Assembly (NCBI GenBank): GCA_038496445.1
Contig: JALMLS010000208.1
Coordinates: 197,233 to 261,232, forward strand
From: Trichosphaerium sp. ATCC 40318
Taxonomy: Eukaryota > Protista > Tubulinea
Direction: 5' to 3'
Length of the DNA: 64,000 nucleotides
Shown here piece by piece: positions 63,476 through 64,000 of the stretch (within the stretch, counting starts at the first letter, position 1; every line of letters starts with the position of its first letter). Position numbers and translations under genes: made by a program. The notes beneath the pieces were generated by a model. The model did no database searches and had not been told where the DNA came from. It worked only from the letters and a program-made list of their open reading frames with translations.

Positions 63476-64000
63476 TTAATTATCAGTCTTTGGTCTGCTT
63501 TCTCTCCATGCCTTGAAAATTTCGTCCGTTGCAGTTCTAGGAACAAAGGTAAGAATCAAAGAAGAATAAAACGTTAGAGTAATAAAAAGTACCTTAATTT
63601 TTGCAAGTTTGGAAGTGTCTTGGTAACAGAACCATCAACATCAAAGTCGTCAGTACCACGTGCAAGTACGATATCGGCAAGTGATAGTTTATCACCAAGC
63701 AAGAAGGTACCCTTGGGAGACGTTAACTTAATATAAAGGCACAAAGAACAAGCTGAACGTACTTCATTCTTTGCATAGAACGTCTCGATGATTTTGAGTT
63801 TTGCTGGTACACTCTCTTCAGATAGTTTCTTGTACTTGGCAGGACGTTCGGCTTCAGGCGTCAGAAAACGGATGACAGAAGCCTCTTGGTACAAGTCTCC
63901 GCACAGTTCATCTATGAGTGTTAGTTCTTCAGAACATGTGTTTTGATTTGAGATACTTACAAACCATATCGATGAGGAGCTCGTCTTCGGCGCAAGACCC
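63476..64000 (-). CDS. Glutathione S-transferase, C-terminal part (truncated by window end)
   Basis: GLAPKT..., FLLGDKLSLADIVL, LPNLQKL, FKAWRESRPKTDN*. Confidence 0.85.

Noticed and set aside
1-64000. Prokaryotic contig or integrated giant-virus genome
   Set aside because: Spliceosomal introns and core eukaryotic genes occur throughout; no viral hallmark genes (capsid, packaging ATPase, polymerase) were seen, only isolated viral-like repeat genes.

Overview
Compact, AT-rich, intron-dense eukaryotic DNA (protist-like, possibly amoeboid; taxon not determinable here). It uses the standard genetic code with mostly short GT-AG introns, so the ORF track shows only exon fragments; gene models below were spliced by eye. 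Housekeeping genes: RRP9/U3-55K, a G-alpha subunit, a NAC-type UBA protein, Arp1/centractin, an ML/NPC2-like lipid-binding protein and the 3' part of a GST. Accessory content: five secreted proteins with PPTT mucin stalks (four with GPI-like tails, one with about 90 PPTTL repeats); three tandem PA-domain + 7TM receptor genes; several F-box genes; two intronless F-box-like/MORN-repeat genes (one frameshifted); a beta-helix/Cys-rich membrane protein; a 2OG-Fe(II) oxygenase-like gene; and a carboxylic-acid-reductase-like A-T-R enzyme with an N-terminal ZZ-type zinc finger. Mobile DNA: an 869-bp hAT deletion derivative (TIRs and perfect 8-bp TSD) whose spliced ORF joins the BED finger to the dimerisation domain in frame, three MITE-like elements and orphan hAT-like ends. 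The palindrome CACGTG is strongly over-represented in introns and promoters. Best novelty candidates: the ZZ-CAR fusion, the PA-7TM receptor array, the mini-hAT, the CACGTG motif and the mobile-looking MORN cassette.
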